Source: Felis catus (Eukaryota). Taken from it: a stretch of DNA of 64,000 bases. The stretch is from NCBI RefSeq assembly GCF_018350175.1, contig NC_058368.1, positions 99,264,001-99,328,000 of the forward strand. The letters are read 5' to 3'. Shown here in pieces: positions 34,348-48,736 of this stretch; position 1 is the first letter of the stretch, and each line of letters begins with the position of its first letter. The position numbers and the translations under genes were made by a program. The notes beneath the pieces were generated by a model, which searched no databases, was not told where the DNA came from, and saw nothing but the letters and a program-made list of their open reading frames with translations.

Positions 34348-36410
34348 TTCAACTCTGATATTTAAGGATGGCCAGGGGTATCTGCTTAGCATTGCCACAC
34401 TAACTGGTGCTAATTCTTTATTTACATCTTACTATTTTTCTGAACATTGGTGGATGACCTAGACTGATCCTCAGCAGACAAAGATCAGCAGTGAGTCAAG
34501 TCTTCTGTAAAGGAAACAGGTCATCCTTCTGTGAGTTGCTCGGGGATTTTGAGGAAAGCTCAAATCTGGCTAATTCAAAGTAAAATGGTTATGGTGATTT
34601 TTACAGCAATCTTGAGATTAATCACTGCTGTTCTTGGAAAGGCTATGTGTTTTTTGCTAATTATTTTGAGTACCCTGAAGAATAAATGAATAATTATAGA
34701 GAATGGCTATGTCTTTATTTAAGAACAGTAGGGGATATAATGGTACCTCGGACCCAGACTGCTACCCTCACCTCACTGTGCATAAATTGTGTACCCTATT
34801 TTATACTACTTTGCATTTTTCACTCTCACAGATAGGAAAAACCTCCATGGTAACAGCAACCAGAGGGCCTTAGTTGACAATTTTTCACCTAAGTCAGGAA
34901 ATATAAAGATAGGCCATAAAAAACAAAATATGTAACTCTCTGAAAATTGCTCTATCTGGTAAACATCTCCTATATATTCTCACAATTTTAAGTGAAAAAT
35001 AACATGTGCTTGCATCTTGAGAACAAAAGATGTAAATTATTTAAAAACAACCCATCTGCTTGATGCTATTCTACAGCACAGGATTCTAGAAGTTTTGTTT
35101 GCAAACATTAAAAGTTTTGGACACTAAAAAAAAAATAGCATTCTGATTCTCACACCAAGGTGTGATGAACCTTCAAACCAAAGTTCAGACTGTCGAGCAT
35201 TCATGATTTCAGAGGAGTTTTGAAAGAGAGCTATGAGACATTAGCCATAGGGAAAAAACAGGAGGAGAGAAATAGTCACTGTAACATGTAATTAATCCCC
35301 TGTTCTTTCTCGAGTTCTTGATAGGGATGCCTGGGGAGTGGGGAGGAAAATGAGAGCTTTGGAAAAAAAATGTCTGAGGATTTCCCACGGCATGTCCTCA
35401 GCTATTTATGTGTCTGGCAGAATGGATTTCTATTCTAATTCATTGAGAGCAATGCATATACTTCTGTGATTGTGTGTTCTAGGTGTTCCTATGACCCTTT
35501 GTAATTACTTCTCGGAAGAATATATAAGAGTTTCAAAATGACAAATGCTCCAAAGTGTCAGTATTACATGAATACATCTGGGCATAAGGATATTGAGAAA
35601 TACTAAAGGAAATATTGTATGTTACTAGCTAACCTGAGAATACCGTACACTTAGCAGTTTTTAAACTACAACTACTTTAAAGAGAAGAATTGAGAACATT
35701 TGGTTAGAAGCTTAAAACCTAAACAGTCCCTGAATGTTCCATGTGTGCTTGAAGAGAACATATATTCTGATGTTGAATCTAGTGTTCTATAAATGGCAAA
35801 TAAGTCACGGTGGTTGACATTAGTACTTAAATGATCACCTCCCCATCCTTTGTACTCTTACTGTCATATAATTCATTTTTATATATGTTCTAAGCTCAGT
35901 ATTACATCGGTGTTATGTTTATTTTAAAAAGTCAGTAATATTTAATGAGATTTTCTTTAAAGACCTTTATTTTTATCAATGTATTACTCATTCCACACTT
36001 CATTTGTTACCATAAAACTTACTTTCTAAATCGTGTCCTTTCCTTCCAGAATAATAAAAAAAGTCCTCATTCTTGTACGGCAAGCATTTTTCGGCTGTCA
36101 AGTGTCTTTATTTAACGTGTTTATTTCATTTCTAATGCCTTAATTTTTGATGACAAATTTAGCTAGTAAGAATTCCTGAGGACAGGCATTTTGTTTCTTT
36201 CAGTACTTCAGGGGTTTAATTCTGTGGTCTTCTTGACTGAGACACAATGTTTAAGATTGTTTCACTGTGTGTGATGTATTTCTTTCATTGAATCTAACAC
36301 CATTTTCTTTCTCTTTCTGGATGCGCTAATGGTTTTTGCTTTTGTTTTGGATGTTGATTATGCTGTGCTAGGTATATTATTTTTGTTGGTTTATTTTTGT
36401 TTTTGTTTTG

Positions 36411-36412
<2 letters not shown>

Positions 36413-36453
<41 letters not shown>
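36413..36453. repeat. (TG)n microsatellite
   Basis: Directly visible. Confidence 0.95.
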
Positions 36454-36457
<4 letters not shown>

Positions 36458-37046
36458 GTTTTGTGTTTTTCCTGTTTGGAGATCTGTGAACTACTTGGAT
36501 TTGTGTGGGTTGACATCTTGCATTGATTTATTATCTCTTCAAGTTATTTCTTCTGTGATTTTCTTTTTGTGGTACTTCATTACCCCTTGTTAGACTGATA
36601 CTATCTTGCAGAACTTGGGCACTCTTTTTCATCTTTAGTACTCTTTTTCCCCATTATCTTTCAGTTTAGATAATGTCTATTGCTCTGTCCTTAAAGTTCA
36701 CTTCTTTTCTCTTTTATATTTAACACAATTATATATCCATTGAATGAACTCTTTATCACTAATGGCCATAATGTAACATCTGGCATTTTTTTTTTTAATG
36801 ATTTCAATCCTGAGTAAATCTCCCAGCTATTCACATATGTCATCCAACTTTTCCACTAGTTGTTTGGAAGTTCTGGTCTAAAAGTTCTACAAATGGACCA
36901 TCTCTGAGTCTGCTTGTATTGACTCCTTACTCAACAGTAGGTGCCATTTTCTTGCTTTCTTCATGTCTTACACTTCTTGACTGCATATTGGATATTGTGT
37001 GTGTAGAAAACAAAACAAAACAAAACAAAACAAAACAAAACCCCAA

Positions 37047-37258
37047 GGGGAGCCTGGGTGGTTCGGTCAGTGAAGCGTCTGACTTCGTTTCAGGTCATAA
37101 TCTCCTGGTTTGTGAATTTGAGCCCCACATTGGGCTCTGTGCTGACAGCTCAGAACCTGGTGCCTGCTTTGGATTCTGTGTCTTCCTCCCTCTCTCTGCC
37201 CCTCCCCCCTTGAGCTCTGTCTCTCTCTCACAAATAAATACACATTAATTTTTTAAAA
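37047..37258 (+). mobile_element. Can-SINE
   Basis: Preceded by (CAAAA)n. Confidence 0.93.
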
Positions 37259-37960
37259 ATGGTATGGGAGAGATAAATTTTGCTTACTCTTCCAAAAGAG
37301 CCTGCTTATTCTTCTTTTAGGCTATTAGAGTGGGGATATCAGTCAATTTATGCTGTAATTTAGCTGGGTCTGGATTTTGCTTTTGCTCTAGTTAGATGTA
37401 GTGTATATAGTTCAGTTGATTTTGGAGGGTGGGCCGTAAGCTTCCTTTTATCAATCTCAGTGCCAGCCAATGGCACACTAAGGAGAAGCTGAGGGCTGGA
37501 AGTTTTGTCTCACATTTTCTATCCTGTCTTCCTACTTTGACTTGCCCCATGTGCCTGCACCTTCGGGGTGTCCCTCCCAGTTCTACCCCTTACCTAGTGG
37601 TAGACTGTGTTTTGGTTGACCCTAAAGTGAGCTCCCAAAACCTGCTTTCCTTCGGCAATCTGGGGACTTACTGATGGTTGTGCTAATGATGGGATGAACA
37701 TGAAACATAAGAAATAAAAAATGTATTAGTCTTGACACTAACAGAGATTCTCAAAGGAGGAGAGCCTTCAGAGGCCTGAAGTTGGTGGTGACAGGTGATT
37801 GGAGAAAAGGCAGGATTACAGCAGTGAAAGGAAGATTTCATTTCATGTGAGTTGCCAACCACTTGGGTGGATTTGAACCTTCCCTAACCCTTACAGATAT
37901 TGCCAAAAACAGAGCTTCCTTTTCTAAACTGATCACAACATGCCGTAAAGACTGTTTATT

Positions 37961-38171
37961 GGGCCACTGGTGTGGCTCAGTCAGTTAAGTGATGGACTGT
38001 TGGTTTTGTCTCAGGTCATGATCTCATGGTTTATGGGTTTGAGCCCCACCTTGGGTCTGTGCTGGCAGCATGGAGCCTGCTTGGGATTCTCTCTCTCCTG
38101 TTCTCTCTCTGTCCCTTCCCCTCTCATGCTGTCTCTGTCTCAAAGTAAATAAATTAAATTGAAAAAAAAAT
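37961..38171 (+). mobile_element. Can-SINE
   Basis: TSD TAAAGACTG(T/C)TTAT. Confidence 0.93.
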
Positions 38172-39334
38172 TAAAGACTGCTTATAAATTTAACATACGT
38201 GAGATGTTTGAGGTATCAGGTAGAGATACCAGGTAGACTTGAGGACAGATGAGTAAGGGTCCTTTATGGAGCATCCCTGTTTCCCAAGGGGCCTATGTAA
38301 ATAGTAGTTGGTTAAACTTTACAAACTGGTAGGTTCTTCTCATTGCAGATGGCCAGTGCCTCACCCATTGTAAGAAAGACCTGGAGTATGGAGAATTTTG
38401 GAATCCCTGCTCTGCCTTCAGATGATATACAGAAGGAGTGGTTTGTTTAGTTCTCAGGGATGTTTCTTTCACTTGGATTATCATACCCTGATTGTAGAAA
38501 TTTGCTTGGTTTTCCTGTTCAACTTTCAGACCATCTCATACCTGGTGCACCTGTGCCTTCCAGGAGGTCTTTCTCATTTTTCTTCTTCTTCTCACCATTT
38601 TTGGAGCTTCATCAAAGCCTGTGAAAGAGAATTGGCAGGTGGGTGCAAATTCTCCTTGTGACTGGGGTACCCAAGGATTCAGGAGCTCATTCTCAACCTT
38701 TGCAAATTAGTTGAGAATCTGGGCATGTTTTCTGCATCTGTAATGGTTCCTTCCTTCCTCCACTCTCTGCCAGAACAGAAAGCTTGTGTCCATTGGGGGA
38801 AATTTCCTATTGGATTTTAGTTTATTAAGTTACCTTGCAGCACCAGCTCTTTGATACGGTTAAAGTAAGCATGTTGTAGATAATTCATCTTGTTCTCACT
38901 GTTGGAGTAGGAGAGTTTTTACTTCTCTGTTGAGACTTCTTGATTATGGATCTCACTTTTTCTGCAAGCCTTTTAATTTTTGTTGAAAGCTATACATGGT
39001 AGATGATATATTATGGCAATTCTGGAGTCTTTATATTTTCCTGAAAGTTCTTTAGCATATTTTCTGTACTTAATTGATGTAATCTGTCTCCTTCTTGGTA
39101 TGTGGTTGCTGTTGCTTTATTCTTTAAATGCTTAGTTTTTATTATTTTTTGCTTGGCTTCTGAACAGTTGTCCCATTGTCTGCATGTTATTGGGTTCAGC
39201 CAATTATTTGGGTAGCAGTTATGTCTAACCTCCTTTAACCCACAAGGTTGCTAACCTCTGCTCTTGGATCTGCATGGTCTGGACAATATCCTCAGAATTC
39301 AGCCTGTACTTACATCTCTCTTGGCTTTTACTTT

Positions 39335-39552
39335 TTTTTTTTAATTTTTTAATATTTATTCTTGAGAGAGAGAGAGAGACAGAGCATGAGTGGGGGAGGG
39401 GCAGAGCAAGAGAGGGAGACAAAGAATCTGAAGCAGGCTCCGGGCTCTGAGCTGTTAGCACAGAGCTGGATGCAGGGCTCAAACCCACAAGCCATGAGAT
39501 CACAACCTGAGTCTAAGTAGACATTTAACCTACTGAGCCACCCAGGCGCCCC
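39335..39552 (-). mobile_element. Can-SINE
   Basis: 16-bp TSD TCTTGGCTTTTACTTT at 39319 and 39554. Confidence 0.95.
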
Positions 39553-39941
39553 ATCTTGGCTTTTACTTTGTGTGGCACCCTGCCTGATCTTCCTTGGAAA
39601 CATGCAGAGTTTCCCAGCAAAGTATATGAGAGGGACTTACTTTGCCTTATATTTGTGGATGAAGCAGGTTTCCTTGCCCACTTGGGATAGTGACTCCACG
39701 GAAGAGTTACATGTTTTTTCCTTTTTCTTTTCTAATGTGTTTGCTATTTACACTGGCATGATACCACAGGTTTTGCCCTCCACTTCAAATTAAATCTTCC
39801 TCCTCCGAAGTAAGGCTACTGATTTTTCACCCATATTAGTGGTTTGTGTGAGCCTCCAAACAGAAGGTTTTTGCCTATTAACATCTGATGTTGTAGATTA
39901 GTTCTGTCTGTGTTTGAACTACATATAAATAGAAACATGGA

Positions 39942-40245
39942 GGGGTGGGTGACTCAGTCAGTTAAGCATATGTAGACTTGAAGAAATAAGACAAAGGAGC
40001 AAAGGAGCAAAACAAGACAGAGACAACCCAAGAAACAGGCTCTAAACTGTAGAGAACAAATTGATAGTTACTAGCGGGGAAGGGAGGCTGGGGGAATGGA
40101 TGAAACAGGTGACGGGGATTAAGGAGTGCACTTACTGTGATGAGCACTGGTGTCGTATGGAGTTGTTGAATCACTATATTTTATACCTGAAATTGATATT
40201 ACACTGTATGTTAACTAACTGGAATTTAAATAAAAATGTAAAAAA
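39942..40245 (+). mobile_element. Can-SINE head (39942-39969) fused to a carnivore L1 3' UTR and tail
   Basis: GGGTGACTCAGTCAGTTAAGCAT joins ATGTAGACTTGAAGAAATAAGACA...GTATGTTAACTAACTGGAATTTAAATAAAA. Confidence 0.8.
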
Positions 40246-41851
40246 TTATTGCAAGGAGTGCCATATTGGTGAGTCATTGTTATTTAAGAAATTGAGGATT
40301 TAGGTTTTTCCTAAAACACAGTATGATTCCCAGTGAAGTAATTGAATAAATTTGCCAAATAACTAAATGGATACATTTGGGACTGATTCTCCAGCTTGAA
40401 GGACATATTTAATTCTATCAAAATGGAATGCAACTAGAAAATGTAGCTCCCCAAAATTAAAATTTATTCATAAGTATTTGAAGAACACAGTGTCACAATA
40501 AACACTGCCCAATATGATTAGCAGTTTCACAAAAATATAATATCAGAAAACATAAGCATCAGAATCATAAGAAATGTAAAGCAAGACATAATTATTTTCA
40601 TATATATGTTTGTATATATATGTATATATATGCATATATATAAGGAACTATAAGTTCCTAATTACTGTGATTATATTCTGAATATTACATTTTGTTCAGT
40701 TTGATTAAACATAATTATGCTCAATTTGAACATATTTGAAATACAATTATATGAAAATTGTTTTTGTATAAATTTACCGAATGATTTTTTTTGATATGAT
40801 AGTTTATTTTTAAAATATTAGTTAGTTAACATACAGTGCAATATTGGTTTTAGGAGTAAAATTCACTGATTCTTCACTTACATACAACTCCCAGTGCTCA
40901 TCACAAGTGTCTTCTCTATTACCCATTACCCATTTAACCCATTCCCTGCCCACCTCTCCTCCAGTAACCCTCACTTTTTTCTCAATAGTTGAGACACTGT
41001 TTTCTGGTTTCCCTTCCCCCCCTCCCCCACCATGTACATCTGTTTTGTTTTTTAAATTCCACATATGAGTGAAATCATATGGTATTTTTCCCTGACTTTT
41101 CTCGCTTAGCAGGATACAGTCTGGATCCATCCATGGCATTGTAAATGGCAAGATTTCATTCTTTTTACAGCTGAGTAATAGTCTATACACATGCGCGTGC
41201 ACACACACACACACACACACCACATCTTCTTTATCCATTTATCAGTTAATGGATATTTGGGTTCTCTCCGTACTTTGCCTATTGTTGATAATGTTGCTAT
41301 AAATATTGGAATGCATGTATCCCTTCCAACGTGTGTTTTTGTATCCTTTGGGTAAATACCTAAGAGGGCAGTTGCTGGATCTTAGGGTAGTTCTATCTAT
41401 AGTTTTTTTTGAGGAAATTCCATACTGTTTCCCAAAGTGGCTGCACCAGTTTGCATTCCCACCAACTGTGCAAGAGAATTTCCCTTTCTCTGAATCCTCA
41501 CTAACATCTTTTGTTTCCTGTGTTGTTAATTTTAGCCATTCTGACAGGTTTAAGGTCGTATCTCATCATGGTTTTGATTTGTATTTCCCTCATGATGAGT
41601 GATGTTGAGCATCTTTTCATGTGTCTGTTACTCGGATGTATTTGGAGAAGTGTCTATTCATGCCTTCTGCCCATTTCTTAACTGGGTTATTTTTTTCTTG
41701 GGTGTTGAGTTTGATAAATAAGTTCTTTACAGATTTGTTTATCAGATGTGTCATTTACAAATATCTTCTCTCATTCTGTAGGCTGCCTTTTAGTTTGGTC
41801 GGTTGTTTCCTTCTCTTTGCAGAAGTGTTTTTTTTGTTTTGTTTTGTTTTT

Positions 41852-41884
<33 letters not shown>

Positions 41885-42491
41885 CTTGATGAAGTCCCAA
41901 TAGTTCATGTTTGCTTTTGTTTGCCTTGCCTTTAGAGATGTGTTTAATAAGAAATTGCTCTGGCTGAGGTCAAAGAGGTTGCTGCTGTGTTCTTCTCTAT
42001 GATTTTGATAGTTTCCTGTCTTAGATTTAGGCCTTTCACCCATGTTTATTTATTTTTGTGTATGGTATAAGAAAGTGGTCCAGTTTCATTCTTCTGCATG
42101 GCACTGTCCAGTTTTCCCAACACCATTTGTTGAAGAGATTGCCTTTTTTTCCATTGAATGTTCTTTTCTGTTTTCTCAAAGATGAGTTGACCATATATTT
42201 GTGGGTCCATTTCTATGTTTCCTGTTCCATTGATCTATGTGTCCATTTTTGTGCCACTACCATGCTGTCTTGTTGACTACATGTTGGTAATATGGCTTGA
42301 AATCCAGAGTCATGATGCCTCTGATTTTGTTTTTCTTTTTCAGGATTGGTTTGGCTATTCAGAGTCTTTTAGGGTTCCATACAAATTTTAGGATTGTTTG
42401 TTCTAGTTCCGCAAAAAGAAAAATGCTGGTGGTGTTTTATTAGGGATTGTATTAAAACTGTGGATTGCTTTGGGTAGTATAGACATTTTAA

Positions 42492-42719
42492 ATTTCCTTT
42501 CTTTTTAAGTTTATTTATTGTGACAGAGAGAGCGAGCGAGTGCACACAAGTGCACAAACGGGAGGGTCAGAGAGAAAGGGGGAGAGAGAGAGAGAATCCC
42601 AAGCAGGTCCCATGCTGTCAGTGTGGAGCCTGATGTGGGGCTTGAACTCATGAACTGTGTGACCATAATCCAAGCCAAAACCAAGAGTTGCCTGCCTAAC
42701 TGATCCACCCAGGTGCTGC
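42492..42719 (-). mobile_element. Can-SINE inserted in L1 ORF2
   Basis: 21-bp TSD TGGGTAGTATAGACATTTTAA at 42471 and 42720. Confidence 0.95.
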
Positions 42720-42915
42720 TGGGTAGTATAGACATTTTAACAATTTTTGTTCTTCTAATCTTTGAGCATGGAATTCTTTTTCATTTTTTTGTGTGTCTTC
42801 TCCAACTTCTTTCATAAGTGTTCTATACTTTTCAGAGTATAGATCTATTTTTCTTAGGTTTATTTTTAGGTATCTTACAGTTTTTGGTGCAGTTGTTAAT
42901 GGGATCAATCTTTGA

Positions 42916-42917
42916 CT

Positions 42918-42965
<48 letters not shown>

Positions 42966-42967
42966 TT
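42916..42967. repeat. (TTTC)n microsatellite inside L1 ORF2
   Basis: Directly visible. Confidence 0.95.
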
Positions 42968-45900
42968 GCTGCTTTATTATTGGTGTATAGAAATGCAACA
43001 GATTTCTGCATGTTGATTTCATATCCTGTGAGTTTGCTGGATTCATGTATCAGTTCTAGCAATTTTTTTGGTAGTCTTTTGGGTTTTCTACATAAAATAT
43101 CATGTCATCTGCAAATAGTGAACGTTTGATTTATTCCTTGCTTATTTGGATGCATTTTACTTCTTTTTGTTGATGGATTGCTGGGGCTAAGACTTCCATT
43201 ACTCTGTTAAATAGTAATTGTGAGAATGGATATCCTTGTCTTACCTCTGACTGTAGGGTAAAGGCTCTCAGTTTTTCCCATTGAGGATGATATTAGCTGT
43301 GCGTCTTTCATATATGGCCTTTTTGATGTTGAGGTATGTTCTATCTTTCCCTACTTTGTTGAGGGCTTTTATTAAGAAAATTCTCCATTTTGTCAAATGC
43401 TTTTTCTGCATCTATTGACAGGATCATTTGGCTCTTATCCTTTCTTTTATTAATGTGGTGCACAATGTGGATTGATCTGGGAATATTGAACCGGCCCTGA
43501 AAACTAGGAATGAATTCCACTTGATCATGGTGAATTATTCTTCTAATGTAGTATTGAATTTGATTTGCAATTATCGTGTTGAGAATTTTTGCATCCAAGT
43601 TAATCAGAGATATTGGCCTTTATATCTCCTTTTTAGTGGGGTTTTTCTCTGGTTTTGGAATCAAGGTAATTCTGGCTACCTAGAATGAGTTGGGAAGTTT
43701 TACTTCCATTTCTATTTATTGGAACAGTTTGAGAAGAATAGATACCAACTCTTCCTTAAATGTCTGGTAAAACAATTACCCTCAGAAGCCATCTGGCTCA
43801 GGACTCTTGTTTGTTGGGAGATGTTTGATTTTACTGGTAGAATTTCTTTGCTGGTTATGGGTGTGTTCAAATTTTCTGTTTTGTTCTATTTCAGTTTTGG
43901 TAATTTGTCAGTTTCTAGGAATTTGTCCATTTCGTCCAGATTGCCCGGTTTGTTGGCATAAAATTTTTCATAGTATTTTCTTATTACTATTTTTGTACTG
44001 TTGGTTGTGATCTCTCTTTCATTCATGAGTTTATCTCTTTGGGTTCCTTCTCTTTTCTTTTTTATAAGTCTGGAAATGGGTTTCTCAGTTTTGTTTATTT
44101 TTTCAAAGAACCAGTTCTTAGTTTCATTGATCTGTTCTTCTGTTTTTTTTTTAAAATACCCTATTATTCATTTCTTCTCTAACCTTTATTATTTCTGGTA
44201 TTCTGCTGGCTTTAAACTTTATTTGCGATTCCTTTTCTAGCTCCATTAGGTGTAAGGTTAGGTTGTGTATTTGGGAACTTTCTTACTTGTTGAGATAGGC
44301 CTGAATTGCAATACACTTCCCTCTTAGAACTGTCCTTGGTGCATCTTTCATTCACTTCCGTGCATGTTTTATATCTTCTTTAATTACCTTCTTTAACTTC
44401 CCAGGTAAGCCATTCATTCTTTAGTAGGCTGTTGTTTAACCTCCATGTATTTGAGGGCTTTCAAAATTTTTTCCTGTGATTGATTTGTAGTTTCATAGTG
44501 TTATGATCTGAAAAGATGCGAGGTATGATCTTCATCTTTTTGTACTTGTTGAGGGCTGATTTGTGACCCAGTATGTTATCTATTCTGGAGAATGTTCCAT
44601 GTGCACTTTAAAAGAATGTGCATTCTGCTGCTGTAGGATGAAATGTTCTGAATCTATCTGTTGAGTCCCTCTGGTCCTGTGTATCTTTCAAAGCCATTGT
44701 TTCCTTGTTGATTTCTGTTTAGATGATCTGTCCATTGCTATAAGTGAGGTACTGAAGTCCTCCTATTACTGTATTATTACCAGTGAGTTTATGTTTGTGA
44801 TTAATTCATTTCTATATTTGGGTGCTTTCAAGCTGGGGTCATAAATACTTAAAATCATTACATCTTCTTGATAGATGGACCCCTTAATTATGATATAATG
44901 CTCTTCATCTTGTTACAGTTTTTGTTTTAAAATCTAGTTTGTCTGATATAAGTATGGCTACTCTGGCTTTCTTTTGATGTCCATTAGCATGATAAATTGT
45001 TCTCAATATTCTCACCTTCAATATGAAGGTGTGTTTAGATCTAAAATGAGTCTCTTACAGGCAGCATGTAGATGGATCTTGTTTTTTTTTTAATCCATTC
45101 TGATACCTTATGTTTTTTTCTTGGAGCTTTTAGTCCATTTACATTCAGAGTGATGCCCGAAAGATATGAATTTAGTGCTATTGTGTTCTCTGTAGAATTG
45201 CTGTTTCTGGTGATACACTCAGGTTCTTTCTAGCCTTTGTTGCTTTGGTCTTTGTTTTTGCACTCAAAGGGTCCCCCTTAAAATTTTTTGCAGGGCTGGC
45301 TTAGTGGTCACAAACTCCTTTAATTTTTGTTTTCTGCGAAACTATTTCTCCTTCTATTCTGAATGACAGCCTTGCTGGTTAAATTCTTGGAATATTTTTC
45401 CATTCAGCACATTGAATATATCCTGCCATTCCTTTCTAGTCTGCCAAGTTTCTGTGGACAGATCTGTGAACCTTATCTGTCTTCCCTTGTAGGAGGTTAA
45501 GGACTGTTTTTTATTTTACCCTGCTACTTTCAGGATTCTTTCCTGATTGTGTATTTTGTAATTGGACTACATACGCCTTGGTGATGATTGGCTTTTGTTG
45601 ATTTAATGGAAGTTCTCTGTGCTTCTTGGATTTTGATGTCTGTGTCTTTCCCCAGATTAGGAAAGGTTTCAACTATAATTGTTTGAATAAACCTTTTGCC
45701 CCTTTCTGTCTCTCTTCATCTTCTGTGACTCCTCTGATACAAATGTTACTATCTTTTAATCAGTTGCTGAGTTCCCTAAGTCTGCCTTTATAATCCATGA
45801 CCTTTTTCCTCTCTTCTTTTCAGCTTCATTATATTCCATAATTTTGTCTTCTACATCACTAAATCAATTCTCTGCCTCATCCATCCTTACTCTCATGGCA

Positions 45901-46983
45901 TCCATTTGGGTTTGCATCTAGCTATAGAAATTTTAATTGCAGTTTGACTAGATTGTAGTTCTTTTGTATTTACAGAAAGGGATTCTCTAGTATCGTCTCT
46001 GCTTTTTTTTAACCCCGTATTATCATTGTTTTAAAATCTAGTTCACACTATTTACTTATGACTGTATTGAGTAAATCCCAGACCATGAGTTATATTTCCT
46101 GTTTTTTATGTTGGGTGAATTTCTCTGTCATGTCACTTTGTCCGCAAAAGAAAGTAAGAAATAAAAAAAGCAAAAATAAACAAACAAACAAAAAAATGAA
46201 ACAAGCAAAAAACAAAACACAACAAAACTAGAGCCTGTCTGTATTTTGGTATGCTTGTTAAAAGAATTTAGATACAAAAAGAAAAAGAAAAAGAAAATAA
46301 TCAAAAAATATTAAAAATATATAAACACATACATAGAAAATAAATAATAAATAAAAAAATGGAATTGAAAAAAAATAAATGAAAAAATAATTTAAAAAAT
46401 AAAGAATAAAAGTAAACAGAAAGGTAGGTCCAATTTATCTTAGAGCTGATGCTTTGTAGTACTGTATGATCAGTAGACTTGGTGAAAGGGAGTTGTTTGT
46501 GCTGGTCTTCTGGGAGAGGGCCCTGCTACGCTGATTCTCTGGCTGACTTGTTTCAGTAGAAATGTGCCTCCAGGGTATAGTGGGGTCGGGCTTGGTGTAA
46601 GGGGCTCCTGTCTCCACTAGGTGGTGTTTTTTGCTGAAGTCTTTCAACACTGATGGATAGGATGATTATGCAAGTGCCCTGCTCTCTAGCCCTGGAGCTG
46701 AAGTATCACACCCCCCACTCTTCAGGGAACCCTTACAGAAGAACAATTAATCACCCTTCTGTTTTCCCTGGTTCCTGTCAGAACACTGCATTCACCCCAC
46801 CTGTATCCAAGCTTTCTTTATCTCAGTTGTGCCAATGACTTTCAAAACTCCAAATTTTAGGGTCTCCTACATGTGGACTCACTCTCTTCCTCTGGGGAAG
46901 GGTCTTACCTTGCTTTTGATTGTCCAAGTGAAGAAAGCAGTTCCATAGCCACACAGCAGTTCAGAGTTTGTCAAAACAGAGGA

Positions 46984-47180
46984 GGGGCACCTGGAAGGCT
47001 CAGTCCGTTAAGTGTCCGACTTTGGCTCAGGTCATGATCTCCTGAGCTCGAGTCCCAAGTTAGCCTCCATGCTGATGGTGAGGAGCCTGCTTGGGATTCT
47101 TTGTCTCTCCCTCTCTCTATGCCCCTTCCCAGCTCACTTGCTGTCTTTCTCTCAAAATAAATACATTAACTTAAAAAAAA
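46984..47180 (+). mobile_element. Can-SINE inserted in L1 5' UTR
   Basis: TSD AAAACAGAG at 46973 and 47182. Confidence 0.93.
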
Positions 47181-48736
47181 TAAAACAGAGCAGAAAGTTG
47201 ACACCACTGCTTTTTGCCCTCAGTCCCAGTCCCCCCTCCTATGCCTGAAAACAGTACAGCATGTTGGAACCACCCAACCATCTTGAGACCCAGGGGATCC
47301 TCAGACCACATTGTCACTCCTGAGATTCTGCCCTGCTTTGCCACCTGACTACCACCAGGCACATACCCCACTGTAGCGGACTTCTCAAAGTTCAGATTTC
47401 GCACTCTGCTGCTTAGAATACTTTCTGGTAACCTCTGTAAGCAGGCTCCCTCCCTATCACTGTACCCGCGGCTATGTCTCCCCTAAGTCAACTCTCTGCA
47501 CCTCTACTTTCTAGAAGGTGATTGCATTTCTATGTGTAAACTTGTAGTTTTTTCTTTCAGACTTTCAATTGATTTCTTGGGTGTTCAGAATGAGTTGATA
47601 ACTATCCAGCTGTGTTCAAAGGACAAGACAAGCTTAGGGTCTCCCTAATCCTCCACCATCATAACTTTACAATATCGCTTGAGGAAGGGTAGCTCTACAA
47701 GTAGTGATGGTGTGTAATGGAGTCTACTGAATAGGCTTCTCACAATGAAGGATCATCACGATTCCTGAGGAACAGTTCATCACAACGTCAGCTAGTTCAT
47801 GGTTGCTCTCCACTGAATAACTATTGGAAGAATAAACAGAAGGCATATAAACATGTCTACTAATATTGTATCTGGGTGGAGTTAGAGCCTTCATTTTGCT
47901 TTAGATCTCAAATCCAGAAAGGCCAGGGTCATCAATCTTTCTGATTTTGAACTATAGCTACACAGATTTTTGACCTCCAGTTTTTAGGGAAAGTATATCT
48001 ATGTTAGTAAAGATTTGCAAACTCACTTTGCAATGTCTCTAGAGTATGTTTGATCTTCCTATGTTTAACACTTATGGATATAATAATCTAGGTATAATCT
48101 TTAAGGAGTTTCTACCAAATGGCATTCACACTTTTGAGCATATTTGAATCTCAGATACATATAATTATTAGCCCATACTCTAATGATTAAGGGTTTGCAT
48201 CTTCATTTGAATAAAATTAATGCAAATAAGACTCAAAGGAAAGAAGGGCATTCCCCTTACTCTAATACTGGAAAACTAGGGGAGATCGCATTATAATATA
48301 GGAAACATTAAAAGTAACTCAATCCTAAAGAAATGTCCCCATAACTGATTGTCCTTGTGTATCATATCCTGGGTTACAGAAAAATAGTGATTGGCAAGAA
48401 CTATTCTGCCACCAACCAGACAACTGGAAGGTCACTGTCACACTCTGCAATACTCTGCTAATCTCAACACTTGTTTTCTTATTTGGAGCATCATCTTGGA
48501 GACAGTAACATTTAAAATCAGCCAGTTGTGTACTTGATTGTATTAAGAGAGAAAGATTTGAAAATAAGAAACAGCTATAGCCTTGACTGCATTATTGGCC
48601 AAAGGAATCCTATATTAATAGTTGCAGCAGACGGTAGCATAAGGAAGATGTTTATAATTAGTCATTAATTATCCAAAATCATAATGGGAGTACAAATATG
48701 AACAGATTTTGAAGCATCAGAGTACATGCTTGCGTG

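Larger units (their letters stand above)
35730..39940 (-). mobile_element. Mosaic of old L1M fragments (EN, ORF1 and 5' regions) with inserted SINEs and a possible LTR at about 37680-38320
   Basis: TGAATGTTCCATGTGTGCTTGAAGAGAA (EN antisense) and AGGTTACCTTGCAGCACCAGCTCTTTGAT-type L1M 5' motifs; internal boundaries uncertain. Confidence 0.55.
40785..47665 (-). mobile_element. Full-length decayed carnivore LINE-1 (5' UTR about 47665-46140; ORF1 about 46135-45200; ORF2 about 45185-41130; 3' UTR)
   Basis: Minus-strand translations give RT motifs ([69 protein letters not shown]) and the EN start ITLNVNGL; 5' terminus GATGGTGGAGGATTAGGGAGACCCTAAG; many stops and frameshifts. Confidence 0.93.
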
